From NCBI GenBank assembly GCA_913061095.1, contig CAJXVM010000001.1, forward strand, positions 304,694 through 368,693: 64,000 nucleotides of DNA, in the 5' to 3' direction. Below the pieces are notes generated by a model that was given only the letters and a program-made list of their open reading frames with translations, was not told the origin of the DNA and ran no database searches. Shown piece after piece: positions 38,544 to 47,853 of this stretch (position 1 is the first letter of the stretch; every line of letters starts with the position of its first letter). The translations under genes were made by a program, and so were the position numbers. This stretch comes from an uncultured Ignavibacteria bacterium (lineage in GTDB: Bacteria; Bacteroidota; Ignavibacteria; SZUA-365).

Positions 38544-39605
38544 TCACTGTTTGACTATGACCGGCTGCCCGTCCGACACATTCTGCTGTCCGAACGTGAT
38601 CAGGCGATCACCGGGCTGGAGTCCGTCGAGAATCAGCACGTCTCCGCGGCTCGTGCCGCCGATCGTGACCGCGCGCTCCTTCGCGACACCGTCCTTCTCA
38701 ACGTAAACGACGAACTCGTCGAGGTCGCTCTTGATGATGTAGTCCTCCGGCACCACGATGGAATTTTCGCGTTCGCGGAGCCGGATCGTCATCGCCGCGA
38801 TCATGTCGGGCTTGAGCTTTCCGCCGGCGTTTGCCACACGTGCCTCGACGGGAATGGTGCGGTTGTCCTGGTTGACCGCGGAACCGACGAAACTGATGAT
38901 GCCGGAAAATTCCTCCCCGGCAATGGCGTCGACGGTGAAGCTGACGGGATCGCCGACCCTGAAGCTCGCGGCATACCGCTCCGGAATGCCGGCCTCCAGC
39001 TTGATCTGCCGTGTGTTGACGACATGTGCGATCGGCGCGCCGGGGAGGCTCATCTCTCCGGCCTCCACGAGCCGGGCGTTGAGTTTTCCGTCAATCGGAC
39101 TCTTGACCCGCGTGCGGTCGAGACGTTCGCGCGCCATTTCCATCTGCGCTTTCGCCGCGTCCCTCTGATACTGCAGCGTTTTCAGCTGCAACTCGGAAAT
39201 GCCCTGTTCCTCATAGACTTTCTCCTGCTTTTCGAAATTGGTCTGCGCGATGTTGTACTGTGCCAGTGCCGCGTCGTACTGGGCGCGCAGCAGGACGCTG
39301 TCGAGCTGCACGAGCACCTGACCGCTGCGCACGCTTCCGCCGAGCGGCACCAGCCATGACAGCACACGACCGCCTTCGTCGGCAGGTACCATTACATCGC
39401 CCTCGGAAGCGACGGTGCCGGTGATATCGATGACCTGCTCAAACGGCTGTTCCTCGATTTCCATGACGCGGACGGTTACCTTGGGGACCTCCCCTTCCGC
39501 GCCGCTGTTGTTTGCGGATTCCGCCTTTTCATTTCCGCAGGATGTCATCGCAACGGTGGCGACGAGCAGCAGTGCGGCAAGAGGCAGGATGTTGAATCGT
39601 TTCAT
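38544..39605 (-). CDS. RND periplasmic adaptor (membrane fusion) lipoprotein
   Basis: Lipobox MTSC, lipoyl/coiled-coil hairpin, KSPIDG, LKPDM, GLQPGD. Confidence 0.92.
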   Translation of the reverse strand: MKRFNILPLAALLLVATVAMTSCGNEKAESANNSGAEGEVPKVTVRVMEIEEQPFEQVIDITGTVASEGDVMVPADEGGRVLSWLVPLGGSVRSGQVLVQLDSVLLRAQYDAALAQYNIAQTNFEKQEKVYEEQGISELQLKTLQYQRDAAKAQMEMARERLDRTRVKSPIDGKLNARLVEAGEMSLPGAPIAHVVNTRQIKLEAGIPERYAASFRVGDPVSFTVDAIAGEEFSGIISFVGSAVNQDNRTIPVEARVANAGGKLKPDMIAAMTIRLRERENSIVVPEDYIIKSDLDEFVVYVEKDGVAKERAVTIGGTSRGDVLILDGLQPGDRLITFGQQNVSDGQPVIVKQ

Positions 39606-39641
39606 GTCGATACTCACGCTGTATGATATTGCTTTCGTTTT

Positions 39642-40985
39642 TCAGGGATGATGGATGCTCAGCAGCTGCTCGAGATCGGATTTTGCGACGGTGTAGTCGT
39701 AAATCGCCTGTACGCGATTGACACGCGCCTGCAGCAGAGCGAGATCAGCATCGTTGACTTCGAGCTGGGTGCCGGAACCGGATTTATAACGCGTAACCGC
39801 GATGCGATACCCTTTCTCCGCCTGTTCGACGGTACGCGACTGCGACTCGATGCGGCGACGCGCCTCCTCGAGACGATAGCGGATGTTCTGCGCGTCGGTG
39901 ACAAGCGCGTCCTTGGTGGCACTGTACTGTTCCCGCGATTGCAGAAAATCCACCTGCGCCTGATCGACGCGTGCGGTGGTCTGCAGTCCGTTGAAGAGAT
40001 TGAAATTCAGTGAAAGCCCGACCTGGGCGGTGCTGACAAAATCATCGGTGGATATGCGCCCGAGCTGATCGTTCTCCGCCAGCCAGGTGTAACTTCCGAA
40101 TGCGGAAAGGGTCGGAAGTGACTCTGACCGGTATATGCTGACGACCTGTTCATTGACACGGGTCTGCTGCTCCAGCGCCTTGAGCGAGGCGTTCTTCTCC
40201 ACCACCAGTTCCTCTGCCTGCGCGATCATGACGTCTTCCGCGGGAACAAAATCCAGCGCTCCACGGACAGTGATCTCTTCATCGGGCGGGAGCGTCAGCA
40301 TGAGCTTCAGTCCGTTGACCGCCAGCGTCACGTTGCGCTCGGCCTCGATGACACGGGGCCGGATATTGTCGGTCTGTACCTGCGCCCGGATCAGGTCATA
40401 CTCCGATACGATGCCCTGCCGGTGCATGAGTTCCACATTCTTCAGATTTTCTTCGGCATTGTTCAGGCTCGCTTCCATGAGCTTCAGCACTTCCCGCGCG
40501 AGGAGCACCCCGTAAAAGGATTTCTTGACGTCGGTGACCGTCTTGTTGTAGGTCTGCCGATACATGTGTCCGGCGGCCTCGCGGTAGATCTGCGCGGTGC
40601 CGACGCCGGTGAAGACGGCAGCATTGAAGAGCACCTGCGAGGCTTCGAAACCGAAGCGGTAGGAGTTGTCACTGCCGACTTCAACCGGAACCACACCGTC
40701 GCCGGCATTCGGATCCATGAAGCGGGCCGGCAGAAAGAACACCGGTTTTTTCAGCATGCGTGTGTACGTTCCTGCCGCGGACACGGAAGGAAGCGCGGTG
40801 CCGATCGCTTCGTTGACCTGATACCCCGCCTTCTGCATTTCAAGCCGCGACATTTCGAGTTCACGGTTGTTTTCAAGCGCGATGGAAATCGCATCTTCGA
40901 GTTCGAGTACACGCGGCTGCGCACTGGCCGTCGTGACGGCGGTGGCAATCAGCAGCAGCATGGAGACAAGACGATGAATCGTCAT
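39642..40985 (-). CDS. TolC-family outer-membrane efflux protein
   Basis: LEDAISIALENN, LP.VS repeats, RYKSGSGTQLEV. Confidence 0.92.
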   Translation of the reverse strand: MTIHRLVSMLLLIATAVTTASAQPRVLELEDAISIALENNRELEMSRLEMQKAGYQVNEAIGTALPSVSAAGTYTRMLKKPVFFLPARFMDPNAGDGVVPVEVGSDNSYRFGFEASQVLFNAAVFTGVGTAQIYREAAGHMYRQTYNKTVTDVKKSFYGVLLAREVLKLMEASLNNAEENLKNVELMHRQGIVSEYDLIRAQVQTDNIRPRVIEAERNVTLAVNGLKLMLTLPPDEEITVRGALDFVPAEDVMIAQAEELVVEKNASLKALEQQTRVNEQVVSIYRSESLPTLSAFGSYTWLAENDQLGRISTDDFVSTAQVGLSLNFNLFNGLQTTARVDQAQVDFLQSREQYSATKDALVTDAQNIRYRLEEARRRIESQSRTVEQAEKGYRIAVTRYKSGSGTQLEVNDADLALLQARVNRVQAIYDYTVAKSDLEQLLSIHHP

Positions 40986-41017
40986 GCGAAATCCCGTTTG
41001 ATGATGAATGGTACGTG

Positions 41018-41719
41018 TCATTTCTGGAAACACCAGCCGTTTCGATCGTCCGATGTGCGGGCGAAGATGCCGGCGAAAAACGTGCGGTCGATGATGCACA
41101 GGGCATTCTGTATATCGTCCTCGATCTGCTCGCTTGCGAGGGAAATCTGCCGCTTCTCGCTGTTGAATACATCGGCGTGCCGGATATGCAGAGTTGATTT
41201 AAACAGCGAGAAAATCATGGTGATGAACATCATCGACGTCTGTTCTGCAGGCAGCGGTTCGACGTCTCCGCTCCGAATGGCTCGCTCGAGGGGTTCGGCC
41301 ATGATCATGATGAGATTCGGCATCAGCATGGCCAGATGCGTGTTTGCTTCCATTTTGTGAAACTCCCGCATCACCAGACTGTAGATGCCGACATTCGCGA
41401 ACAGATGGCGCAGAAGATCACGGGCAAAACTCAGGTAGCTGTCCCGAAGCCCCCGTTCGGTGTCCGTGCAGTGCTCCGTGGCAATTTCGACGAATTCGTC
41501 GACCACGTCCGCGATCACGGTCTCGAAAAGTTCTTCCTTGCTTTCGAAGTAATTGTACAGCGTGCCCTTGCTGTATTCTGCCTCGTCGGCAATGTCATCG
41601 AGCGTGGCCGCGCTGAATCCCTGCATCGCGAAAACCAGCCGCGCAGCGGCGACGATTTCCTGACGCTTGAAGTGGCGCTCCCGCTCTTTCCTGCTGAATT
41701 GCTGCTCTATCGTTTCCAT
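41018..41719 (-). CDS. TetR/AcrR family regulator
   Basis: EIVAAARLVF..GF..ATLDDIA..SKGTLYNYFESKEEL. Confidence 0.93.
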   Translation of the reverse strand: METIEQQFSRKERERHFKRQEIVAAARLVFAMQGFSAATLDDIADEAEYSKGTLYNYFESKEELFETVIADVVDEFVEIATEHCTDTERGLRDSYLSFARDLLRHLFANVGIYSLVMREFHKMEANTHLAMLMPNLIMIMAEPLERAIRSGDVEPLPAEQTSMMFITMIFSLFKSTLHIRHADVFNSEKRQISLASEQIEDDIQNALCIIDRTFFAGIFARTSDDRNGWCFQK

Positions 41720-41760
41720 TTTCGCTCAACAAAGTAATTGAACTGATGAGTTCCCTAAAC

Positions 41761-41794
41761 TGACTGGTCAGTCACTTTTCTGACTCATCGGTCA
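41761..41794. promoter_or_regulatory. Tandem palindromic operators (TGAC-N6-GTCA x2), probable TetR sites
   Basis: TGACTGGTCAGTCA (41761-41774) and TGACTCATCGGTCA (41781-41794), 20-bp pitch, 42-75 nt upstream of tetR. Confidence 0.7.
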
Positions 41795-41848
41795 TTTCTA
41801 CGGATAAGCTCCGGAAAAGTTGCAACGAAATCAAGGATATTTCCCCGG

Positions 41849-41889
41849 AAAAAAAATCGGGAGCCGACCAAAGCGGTCAGCTCCCGATT
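41849..41889 (-). terminator. Rho-independent terminator
   Basis: Minus strand AATCGGGAGCTGACC-GCTTT-GGTCGGCTCCCGA followed by T8. Confidence 0.85.
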
Positions 41890-41917
41890 GCGCACCGTGC
41901 CGGCGTGGAGGCTCGCG

Positions 41918-42364
41918 TCATGGTGCCGGACGGCGCCCGTTCCTCCGCTCCTCGCGCATCATCATGCGATGATGCTGCATTTCCCTGAAAAGCTCTTTCT
42001 GCTCGGCGTCGAGCAGCTGCATGACTTCCTGCCGTGAATCGAACAGAAGCATTTTCTGCCGCAGCTGCAGATCGGAAATCTCGCGTGAGATGCTCTCGAA
42101 TGCCGTGCGGTCGGGGACCTCCTCAGCCAAGATTTCCTGCACCGCGAGGCGCTTCTTCTGCAGATCGGCGCGCACATCGATCATCTGTTTCTTCGTCGCG
42201 ATGCGGATGTCGCGCATGGCGCCTTTCTGCTCTGTGGTCAGGTTCAGCTTTTCCAGCTGCCCGCGGCGGTCCGGATGCTCCCGCTTTCCGCGTCCGTCAG
42301 ACTGGGCATACAGCGGCCCTGCTGAAACAGCAATCAATAGAATGGCGATCAGTATTGCTCTCAT
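41918..42364 (-). CDS. Spy/CpxP/ZraP-like periplasmic helical protein
   Basis: Signal peptide; LNLTTEQ and LLDAEQ (LTxxQ-like) motifs. Confidence 0.8.
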   Translation of the reverse strand: MRAILIAILLIAVSAGPLYAQSDGRGKREHPDRRGQLEKLNLTTEQKGAMRDIRIATKKQMIDVRADLQKKRLAVQEILAEEVPDRTAFESISREISDLQLRQKMLLFDSRQEVMQLLDAEQKELFREMQHHRMMMREERRNGRRPAP

Positions 42365-42513
42365 GACGTTTTTCCTTGCGTGAATGGTGACATGCACTGT
42401 AGTTTCGGGTATTGGACATCGGTGCCTGGCGGCCGGTTTAACTCCGGGCTTCAGTCCGGCCGCAGCCACCGCCACGACATATCAGGGGAGAGCACGCAAC
42501 GACACAGGATATC

Positions 42514-42966
42514 ATGCAGCACAACGCAGCCACATTCCGTTCCAACAAACGCGACCTGCGATCGACACTGCAGCTGCTGATCGTGCTCGCGGTCATCGCC
42601 GGCGGAACGTTTCTCCATACATCGGTGCTCACATCCGTCACCTACGAAGTGAACATCGATCCGCCGATTCTGTATGCCGGCAGCGCCGACTCGGCCCTGC
42701 TGCGCGTCCACGGTGTCAACCGTCTCGGAGGCGCCGTCCCCTTCTCACAGCCCCGCATCGCGGTCGACATACACGACGGACACGGTCTCGTCGACATGGA
42801 ACCGAGCCCTGACAGTACAGTCTACATCCTGCGACCACACGACCGCGCCGGACTCGTGCAGCTGCGCGTGCGCACGAACGCCTGGCCCTTTCCCATGCTC
42901 GCCAGCATACGCATCACCGCGCCGCTGGCGGCGCATTGTACCCACGACGACAGGAGGCTGCAATGA
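42514..42966 (+). CDS. Hypothetical membrane-anchored protein
   Basis: N-terminal TM, beta-rich remainder, ATGA-coupled to asparaginase. Confidence 0.6.
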   Translation: MQHNAATFRSNKRDLRSTLQLLIVLAVIAGGTFLHTSVLTSVTYEVNIDPPILYAGSADSALLRVHGVNRLGGAVPFSQPRIAVDIHDGHGLVDMEPSPDSTVYILRPHDRAGLVQLRVRTNAWPFPMLASIRITAPLAAHCTHDDRRLQ

Positions 42967-43940
42967 ACTGCGTTTCCATGGTCTTCACCGGCGGCACGAT
43001 CTCGATGACGATCGATCCGCAGTCCGGTGGAGCGGTACCCTCGCTCTCAGGCGATCAGATTCTCTCCCGGCTCGATGACATCCGGGACATCGGCGATATT
43101 CGCTACCGCGAGTTCGGCAAGTATCCCGGACCGCACATCACCCCGCTGATGATGCGCGATATCGCCCTGCTCGTTCAGGAGGAAGCGGCGCGTGACGATA
43201 CCGCCGGCGTCATCGTGACCCACGGCACCGATACCCTCGAAGAGACGGCGTACTATCTGGATCTCGTCATCGATACCGACAAACCCGTGATCCTCGTCGG
43301 GGCGATGAATCATTCGGAGGATCCGGCCTGGGACGGACCGGCAAATATCCGCGACGCCATGCTCGCCGTGCTCTCGGGACAGTTCCGCGGGCTGGGCGTG
43401 CTTACCTGCCTGAGTGGGGAGATCAACGCCGCAAGCGAGGTGACCAAAACGCATACGCTGCAGCGAGATACATTCATGAGCTTCGACTTCGGTCCGGTGG
43501 GAAGGATTTTCGAGGGACGTCCGGTATTCCTGCGCAGACCGTTCATCCATGATTCCGTGGGGATGGTGGATCCTGTTGAGCCCGTGCACCTGGTGAAGTG
43601 CTACGCGGGTATGGATGCGTCTCCCTTTCGACACTGCATTGACAGCGGCGTCCGGGGACTCGTCGTGGAGGCCATGGGCACGGGCAACGTGCCGCCACCC
43701 GCCTATGACGGTATCGTCGAGGTGCTCGGGCGCGGCATCCCCGTCGTGCTCGTTTCGCGCTGTCCGCGCGGCAGCACGGATGACGTCTACGGGTATTACG
43801 GCGCCGGACGCAATCTGCATCGGGCGGGCGTGATTTTTGCCCGCTACCTGAACGGACAGAAAGCGCGCATCAAGCTCATGCTGTCGCTGGCACGCAGCAC
43901 CGAACGTGAAGCCATCCGGCGCATGTTCGAGGGGACGTAG
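42963..43940 (+). CDS. L-asparaginase
   Basis: TGGTISM, THGTDTLEET, K(T)H, GTGN, SRC, LNGQKARIKL. Confidence 0.92.
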   Translation: MNCVSMVFTGGTISMTIDPQSGGAVPSLSGDQILSRLDDIRDIGDIRYREFGKYPGPHITPLMMRDIALLVQEEAARDDTAGVIVTHGTDTLEETAYYLDLVIDTDKPVILVGAMNHSEDPAWDGPANIRDAMLAVLSGQFRGLGVLTCLSGEINAASEVTKTHTLQRDTFMSFDFGPVGRIFEGRPVFLRRPFIHDSVGMVDPVEPVHLVKCYAGMDASPFRHCIDSGVRGLVVEAMGTGNVPPPAYDGIVEVLGRGIPVVLVSRCPRGSTDDVYGYYGAGRNLHRAGVIFARYLNGQKARIKLMLSLARSTEREAIRRMFEGT

Positions 43941-43947
43941 ATTTCAG

Positions 43948-43976
43948 AAAAAAAAAGACAGGCCCGAAGGCCTGTC
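43948..43976 (-). terminator. Rho-independent terminator
   Basis: Minus strand GACAGGC-CTTCGG-GCCTGTC followed by T9. Confidence 0.85.
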
Positions 43977-44013
43977 CGGATACATATCAAACTTTTAGGG
44001 AGAAATCACGATG

Positions 44014-44916
44014 TCAGAACGTGCAATTGCGGTACACCTGCTGCCGCGCGGGATCGACCTGCGCCATCACATTCATGATCTTGTCGCGCTTCGCGTATCC
44101 CTCCAGCAGCTTGCAGAATTCGCTGCTCTTCGCTTCGAGCCACATGTTGAGGAGAATGGACCTGCGGCTCGTGCGCGCGAGCACATCCGCCACCTTTTCC
44201 AGCGCCTTGTGAATCGCGCGCTGTGCGAACTCCGGCTCCGTCGGCAGGAAATCAAGTCCCTCGTAGTAGTACCAGTACAGCGCTTCGCGGAATTGTTCGT
44301 TCTGCGCATTCATCAGCTCGGAAATGAAATTCATCCGGCTGTACTGGTTCGACTGTCCCTGCCACTCGCCTGCCTGCCGCGAGGTCTGCGAGCGCTGCGC
44401 GATCGTGAGCGCGGTCTGGTAGTACTCCGATCCGGCCAGCGGCTCATAGCTGTCAAAATCCATGCCGAGAATCAGGTACATGTAAAAGTCGAGGAAACTC
44501 GCAATGTCGTTGTACTGGTATTCGTCATGGGTAATGGGCTGTCCCTTGATGTAGCTGAAGGACCACTGCGCATCCATCACGCGAAGGATCAGCGATGTCT
44601 CGTTCGTCGGCGTGCCGTCCTTCCAGATGCGGCGCTGTGCATCGACGACGACCTGGGCGCTGAATTCCCCGCCGTCGGTGCCCGACATGAAATTGATGCT
44701 CATACGCACCGGGATGCGATCGCCGTAGAATTCCACCTCCGTCCAGCGGTGATTGTTCACGTAGTCGAGCACTTTCTGCTCAAACTCCGAGAGATAATCC
44801 TTCTGCGACGGCGTGAGAATATCCATCGTGACTTCGGTGATCAGTTCGATTTCCTGTGCGCGCGCGGGGAGCAGCGGCAGCAGGAGCAGCAGTGTCAGAA
44901 CGGCAAGGTTTCGCAT
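44014..44916 (-). CDS. DUF4835 family protein (T9SS PorD-like)
   Basis: Signal peptide ending AQE, YVNNHRWT, FYMYLILGMDFDSY, EAKSSE. Confidence 0.75.
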   Translation of the reverse strand: MRNLAVLTLLLLLPLLPARAQEIELITEVTMDILTPSQKDYLSEFEQKVLDYVNNHRWTEVEFYGDRIPVRMSINFMSGTDGGEFSAQVVVDAQRRIWKDGTPTNETSLILRVMDAQWSFSYIKGQPITHDEYQYNDIASFLDFYMYLILGMDFDSYEPLAGSEYYQTALTIAQRSQTSRQAGEWQGQSNQYSRMNFISELMNAQNEQFREALYWYYYEGLDFLPTEPEFAQRAIHKALEKVADVLARTSRRSILLNMWLEAKSSEFCKLLEGYAKRDKIMNVMAQVDPARQQVYRNCTF

Positions 44917-44931
44917 GTCAAAGAGTCGACC

Positions 44932-45789
44932 GTGTCTCATGATGATTATCGTTCCAAGATAGAAAAAACACGCTGGGGCGGCAAGGTACTGTGCAGTATA
45001 CTGTCTTTGTTCACCATGCTCGCTGCCGCACTGCCGGTGACCGCGGGTGGCGACCTGCGCGAACCGCCCCCGCAGAGCGCCGGGATGGCCGGCAGCGGTT
45101 GTGCGCTGCCCGGAATCGGACTCACGGCTTTGAATCCCGCCCTGATCACCTGGGAAAAAACCGGCGGTGCGGTGTACTGGACGCCGTCGCGTTTTGGCAT
45201 GACGGAGCTCGGTGCGATGGCGATTGAATGGAATCAGGGTTTTTCGGGATTCACCGCCGGTGCGGCACTCCAGCGTTTCGGATACGACGTATACAGCGAA
45301 CACCGCCTCGATGTTTCCGCTGGCATGCGGGTCGGAGGCGGACTCGCCCTCGGTATACGTGGTGTGCTGCACACCGTGCACATCGAGCGGTACGGCAGCA
45401 CGGCGGCCGCGGGGCTCGATGCAGGACTGCTCTTCTCTCCCGCTGAACGCTGGCATGCCGGTGCGTCCGTCCGCCACATCGCCGGCGGCGCCTTTGCCGA
45501 CGGTGAAGAGCTGCCGCTGCAGATGCGCCTCGGAGTAGCCTGGTCCGTGAGCAATCTGCGTCTCGCCTGTGATTTGGAAAAGGATGCACGGTATCCGCTC
45601 ACGGTCCGGACGGGAGTGGAGTTTCGTCCCGCGAAGGTGCTCGCCCTGCGTATCGGCGCGGTCAACACGCCTGCGACGTTTACCGCCGGGGCGGGATTGC
45701 TGCTGTCTTCCGTGCAGGCACAGTATGCCGTCAGCGTGCATCCCGAGCTGGGCTGGACACACTCCATCGGCATTGGATTTCAACCGTGA
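44932..45789 (+). CDS. Outer-membrane beta-barrel protein (PorV/PorQ-like fold possible)
   Basis: SAGMAG..NPA..RFGM.EL pattern, amphipathic strands, HPELGWTHSIGIGF end; start uncertain (44932 GTG or 45016 ATG). Confidence 0.6.
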   Translation: MSHDDYRSKIEKTRWGGKVLCSILSLFTMLAAALPVTAGGDLREPPPQSAGMAGSGCALPGIGLTALNPALITWEKTGGAVYWTPSRFGMTELGAMAIEWNQGFSGFTAGAALQRFGYDVYSEHRLDVSAGMRVGGGLALGIRGVLHTVHIERYGSTAAAGLDAGLLFSPAERWHAGASVRHIAGGAFADGEELPLQMRLGVAWSVSNLRLACDLEKDARYPLTVRTGVEFRPAKVLALRIGAVNTPATFTAGAGLLLSSVQAQYAVSVHPELGWTHSIGIGFQP

Positions 45790-45892
45790 CGGCTCGTATC
45801 TTTCCTGTCTCTCCGCGTTTTCCGGGCGTCAGCGCGGGCGGTCATTCGCCATACAGGCTCCCATTCGTTTCACAAGCTCCAGGAGTGCCGGC

Positions 45893-46675
45893 ATGGAATA
45901 CACGAACCTGCTGTACGAAGAAGATCAGCGTATCGCGCAGATCACCATCAATCGTCCCGACAAACTCAATGCGCTCAATCACGACACCCTCGTCGAACTG
46001 AAAGATGCCGTGCTCACGGCGAACGGCAGTGACACGGTCGACGTCATTATCATCACCGGTTCCGGGGAAAAGGCGTTTGTCGCAGGAGCCGATATCGGCG
46101 AACTCTCTGCCCAGGATGCCGTGCGCGGACAGCGCTTCGCCCTCTTCGGACAGGATGTCTTCACGACCGTCGAACAGTCGGCAAAGCCGGTGATCGCCGC
46201 CGTCAACGGATTCGCTCTCGGCGGCGGATGTGAACTCGCCCTCGCCTGCCATATCCGCATTGCCGCGGAAAACGCCCGCTTCGGCCAGCCCGAGGTGAAT
46301 CTCGGCGTCATCCCGGGATATGGCGGCACGCAGCGCCTCGCGCGTATCGTCGGACAGGGACGCGCCGCTGAACTGATCCTCACCGGTGACATGGTCGACG
46401 CAAAGGAAGCACATCGTATCGGCCTCGCCAATCGCCTCGCGGACAAGGGGGAAGCGCTGAACACCGCCCGTGAGATGGCCGGGAAAATCATCTCGAAGGG
46501 ACAGGTCGCCGTGAGGCTTTCGCTGGAAGCGCTGCGCTGCGTTCCGCAGATGGGGCTTCGTGAAGGACTCGCCACCGAGGCCGCTCTGTTCGGCATTGCC
46601 TGCGGCACAGAGGACTTCAAGGAAGGCACGGCTGCATTCCTGGACAAGCGGAAGCCGGACTTCACGGGCAAATGA
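45893..46675 (+). CDS. Enoyl-CoA hydratase (crotonase)
   Basis: INRPDKLNAL, FVAGADI, AVNGFALGGGCEL, GQPEVNLG..PGYGGTQRL. Confidence 0.93.
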   Translation: MEYTNLLYEEDQRIAQITINRPDKLNALNHDTLVELKDAVLTANGSDTVDVIIITGSGEKAFVAGADIGELSAQDAVRGQRFALFGQDVFTTVEQSAKPVIAAVNGFALGGGCELALACHIRIAAENARFGQPEVNLGVIPGYGGTQRLARIVGQGRAAELILTGDMVDAKEAHRIGLANRLADKGEALNTAREMAGKIISKGQVAVRLSLEALRCVPQMGLREGLATEAALFGIACGTEDFKEGTAAFLDKRKPDFTGK

Positions 46676-47778
46676 GCCGTAAAGACTTCGACGAACAATA
46701 CGAAGAACAGTATTTCTCCTACTCCGGCGACAGCCGGACGAAAGACCCCGGTCTGCGCCGCCGCATGTGGATCGCCGGCCTCCTCGTGGTCAGTATCGTC
46801 GTGCTGTTCGTCGCGGACCGGTATGTCACACTCGTTCAGCCGAATATCGAGCGCATCCAGACGCAGCGGGATTTTCAGTCCGTCAAAAGCCTGGAAAACG
46901 ATGTCCGCAAAGTGCTCGATGACTTCGGCATTCAGCAGGAATGGGTGCGTGAGCGCAGCATCGATATCGAGGAGATCGGTCACGTGCGGGATCTCTGGCT
47001 GATCCGCGTTCCGCACGATCTCCCGCTTGCCTCGGTCAATCTTGATCTGAAAGCCATCGTTGAGCAATACGGCGGCAAGGCTTTCGCCGTGGAAAACACG
47101 CGCAAGGCGCGCATTGCGCTGCATATCACGTTTCGCGGAAAGGTGCGGTATTCCCTCCTCTTCATGCCGACACCGGAGGTGAGCCGCGAGGCGGGCAGCA
47201 TCGCCCTGCTCGTCGACGGCATCGATGATGCGCCGGATGGTGAAATCGAGCGCTACCTCGCATCACGCGAGCCGATCGCCTGCATCATCGAACCGCACAA
47301 AGACAATATCCCGCTGCATACGCAGCTTCGGAAACATCAGAAAGACGTGGTGCTGCATCTTCATTTCCGTCCCGTCACCGAGCAGGAATCCCGCTTCGAA
47401 CTCGCGGAGGATCTCGGTGAGGAGGAACTTGCGAGTCATCTGCATTTCATCATCAGAAATTTTCCCGGCAGCAGCTACTACTATGTGACTTCGGAACGGG
47501 CGCTCGGGCTGCATTCCCGTAAGGTGGACGACATCATGCATTCGCTCGGACTGCAGAAACTGGAAAGTGCGACGCTCGCCTATATCGACCGCGGATCCCG
47601 GGAATCCGTCATGAGCGCGCGCATGAACGACATCGCGGCCCTTTCAGTGCGCGAAGGCACTTCCATCGGCGTCGTCGAACTGCGCGACGGCATCATGGGC
47701 TTTCTCAATGATGAAATGACCCGGCTCCGGAAAAAGGGATTCGATTTCGTGCGCCTGCGGCGGGTGCTGAAGGACTGA
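46672..47778 (+). CDS. Membrane-anchored divergent polysaccharide deacetylase (YibQ-like), degenerate
   Basis: N-terminal TM; IALLVDG, VVLHL, KKGFDFV spacing resembles the YibQ fold. Confidence 0.5.
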   Translation: MSRKDFDEQYEEQYFSYSGDSRTKDPGLRRRMWIAGLLVVSIVVLFVADRYVTLVQPNIERIQTQRDFQSVKSLENDVRKVLDDFGIQQEWVRERSIDIEEIGHVRDLWLIRVPHDLPLASVNLDLKAIVEQYGGKAFAVENTRKARIALHITFRGKVRYSLLFMPTPEVSREAGSIALLVDGIDDAPDGEIERYLASREPIACIIEPHKDNIPLHTQLRKHQKDVVLHLHFRPVTEQESRFELAEDLGEEELASHLHFIIRNFPGSSYYYVTSERALGLHSRKVDDIMHSLGLQKLESATLAYIDRGSRESVMSARMNDIAALSVREGTSIGVVELRDGIMGFLNDEMTRLRKKGFDFVRLRRVLKD

Positions 47779-47787
47779 ATATTGCCC

Positions 47788-47816
47788 TTGTCCGCTGTCA
47801 CGGCCTCACGTAGATT
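47788..47816 (+). promoter_or_regulatory. Candidate housekeeping promoter
   Basis: TTGTCC-N17-TAGATT. Confidence 0.5.
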
Positions 47817-47853
47817 GGTTGACAACTGAATCAGACGAACACAAGGAAAGACA

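Noticed and set aside
44011-45789. Two fully overlapping about 590-aa ORFs on opposite strands
   Set aside because: An artefact of two divergent genes whose frames stay open across each other; the real genes are 44014..44916 (-) and about 44932..45789 (+).
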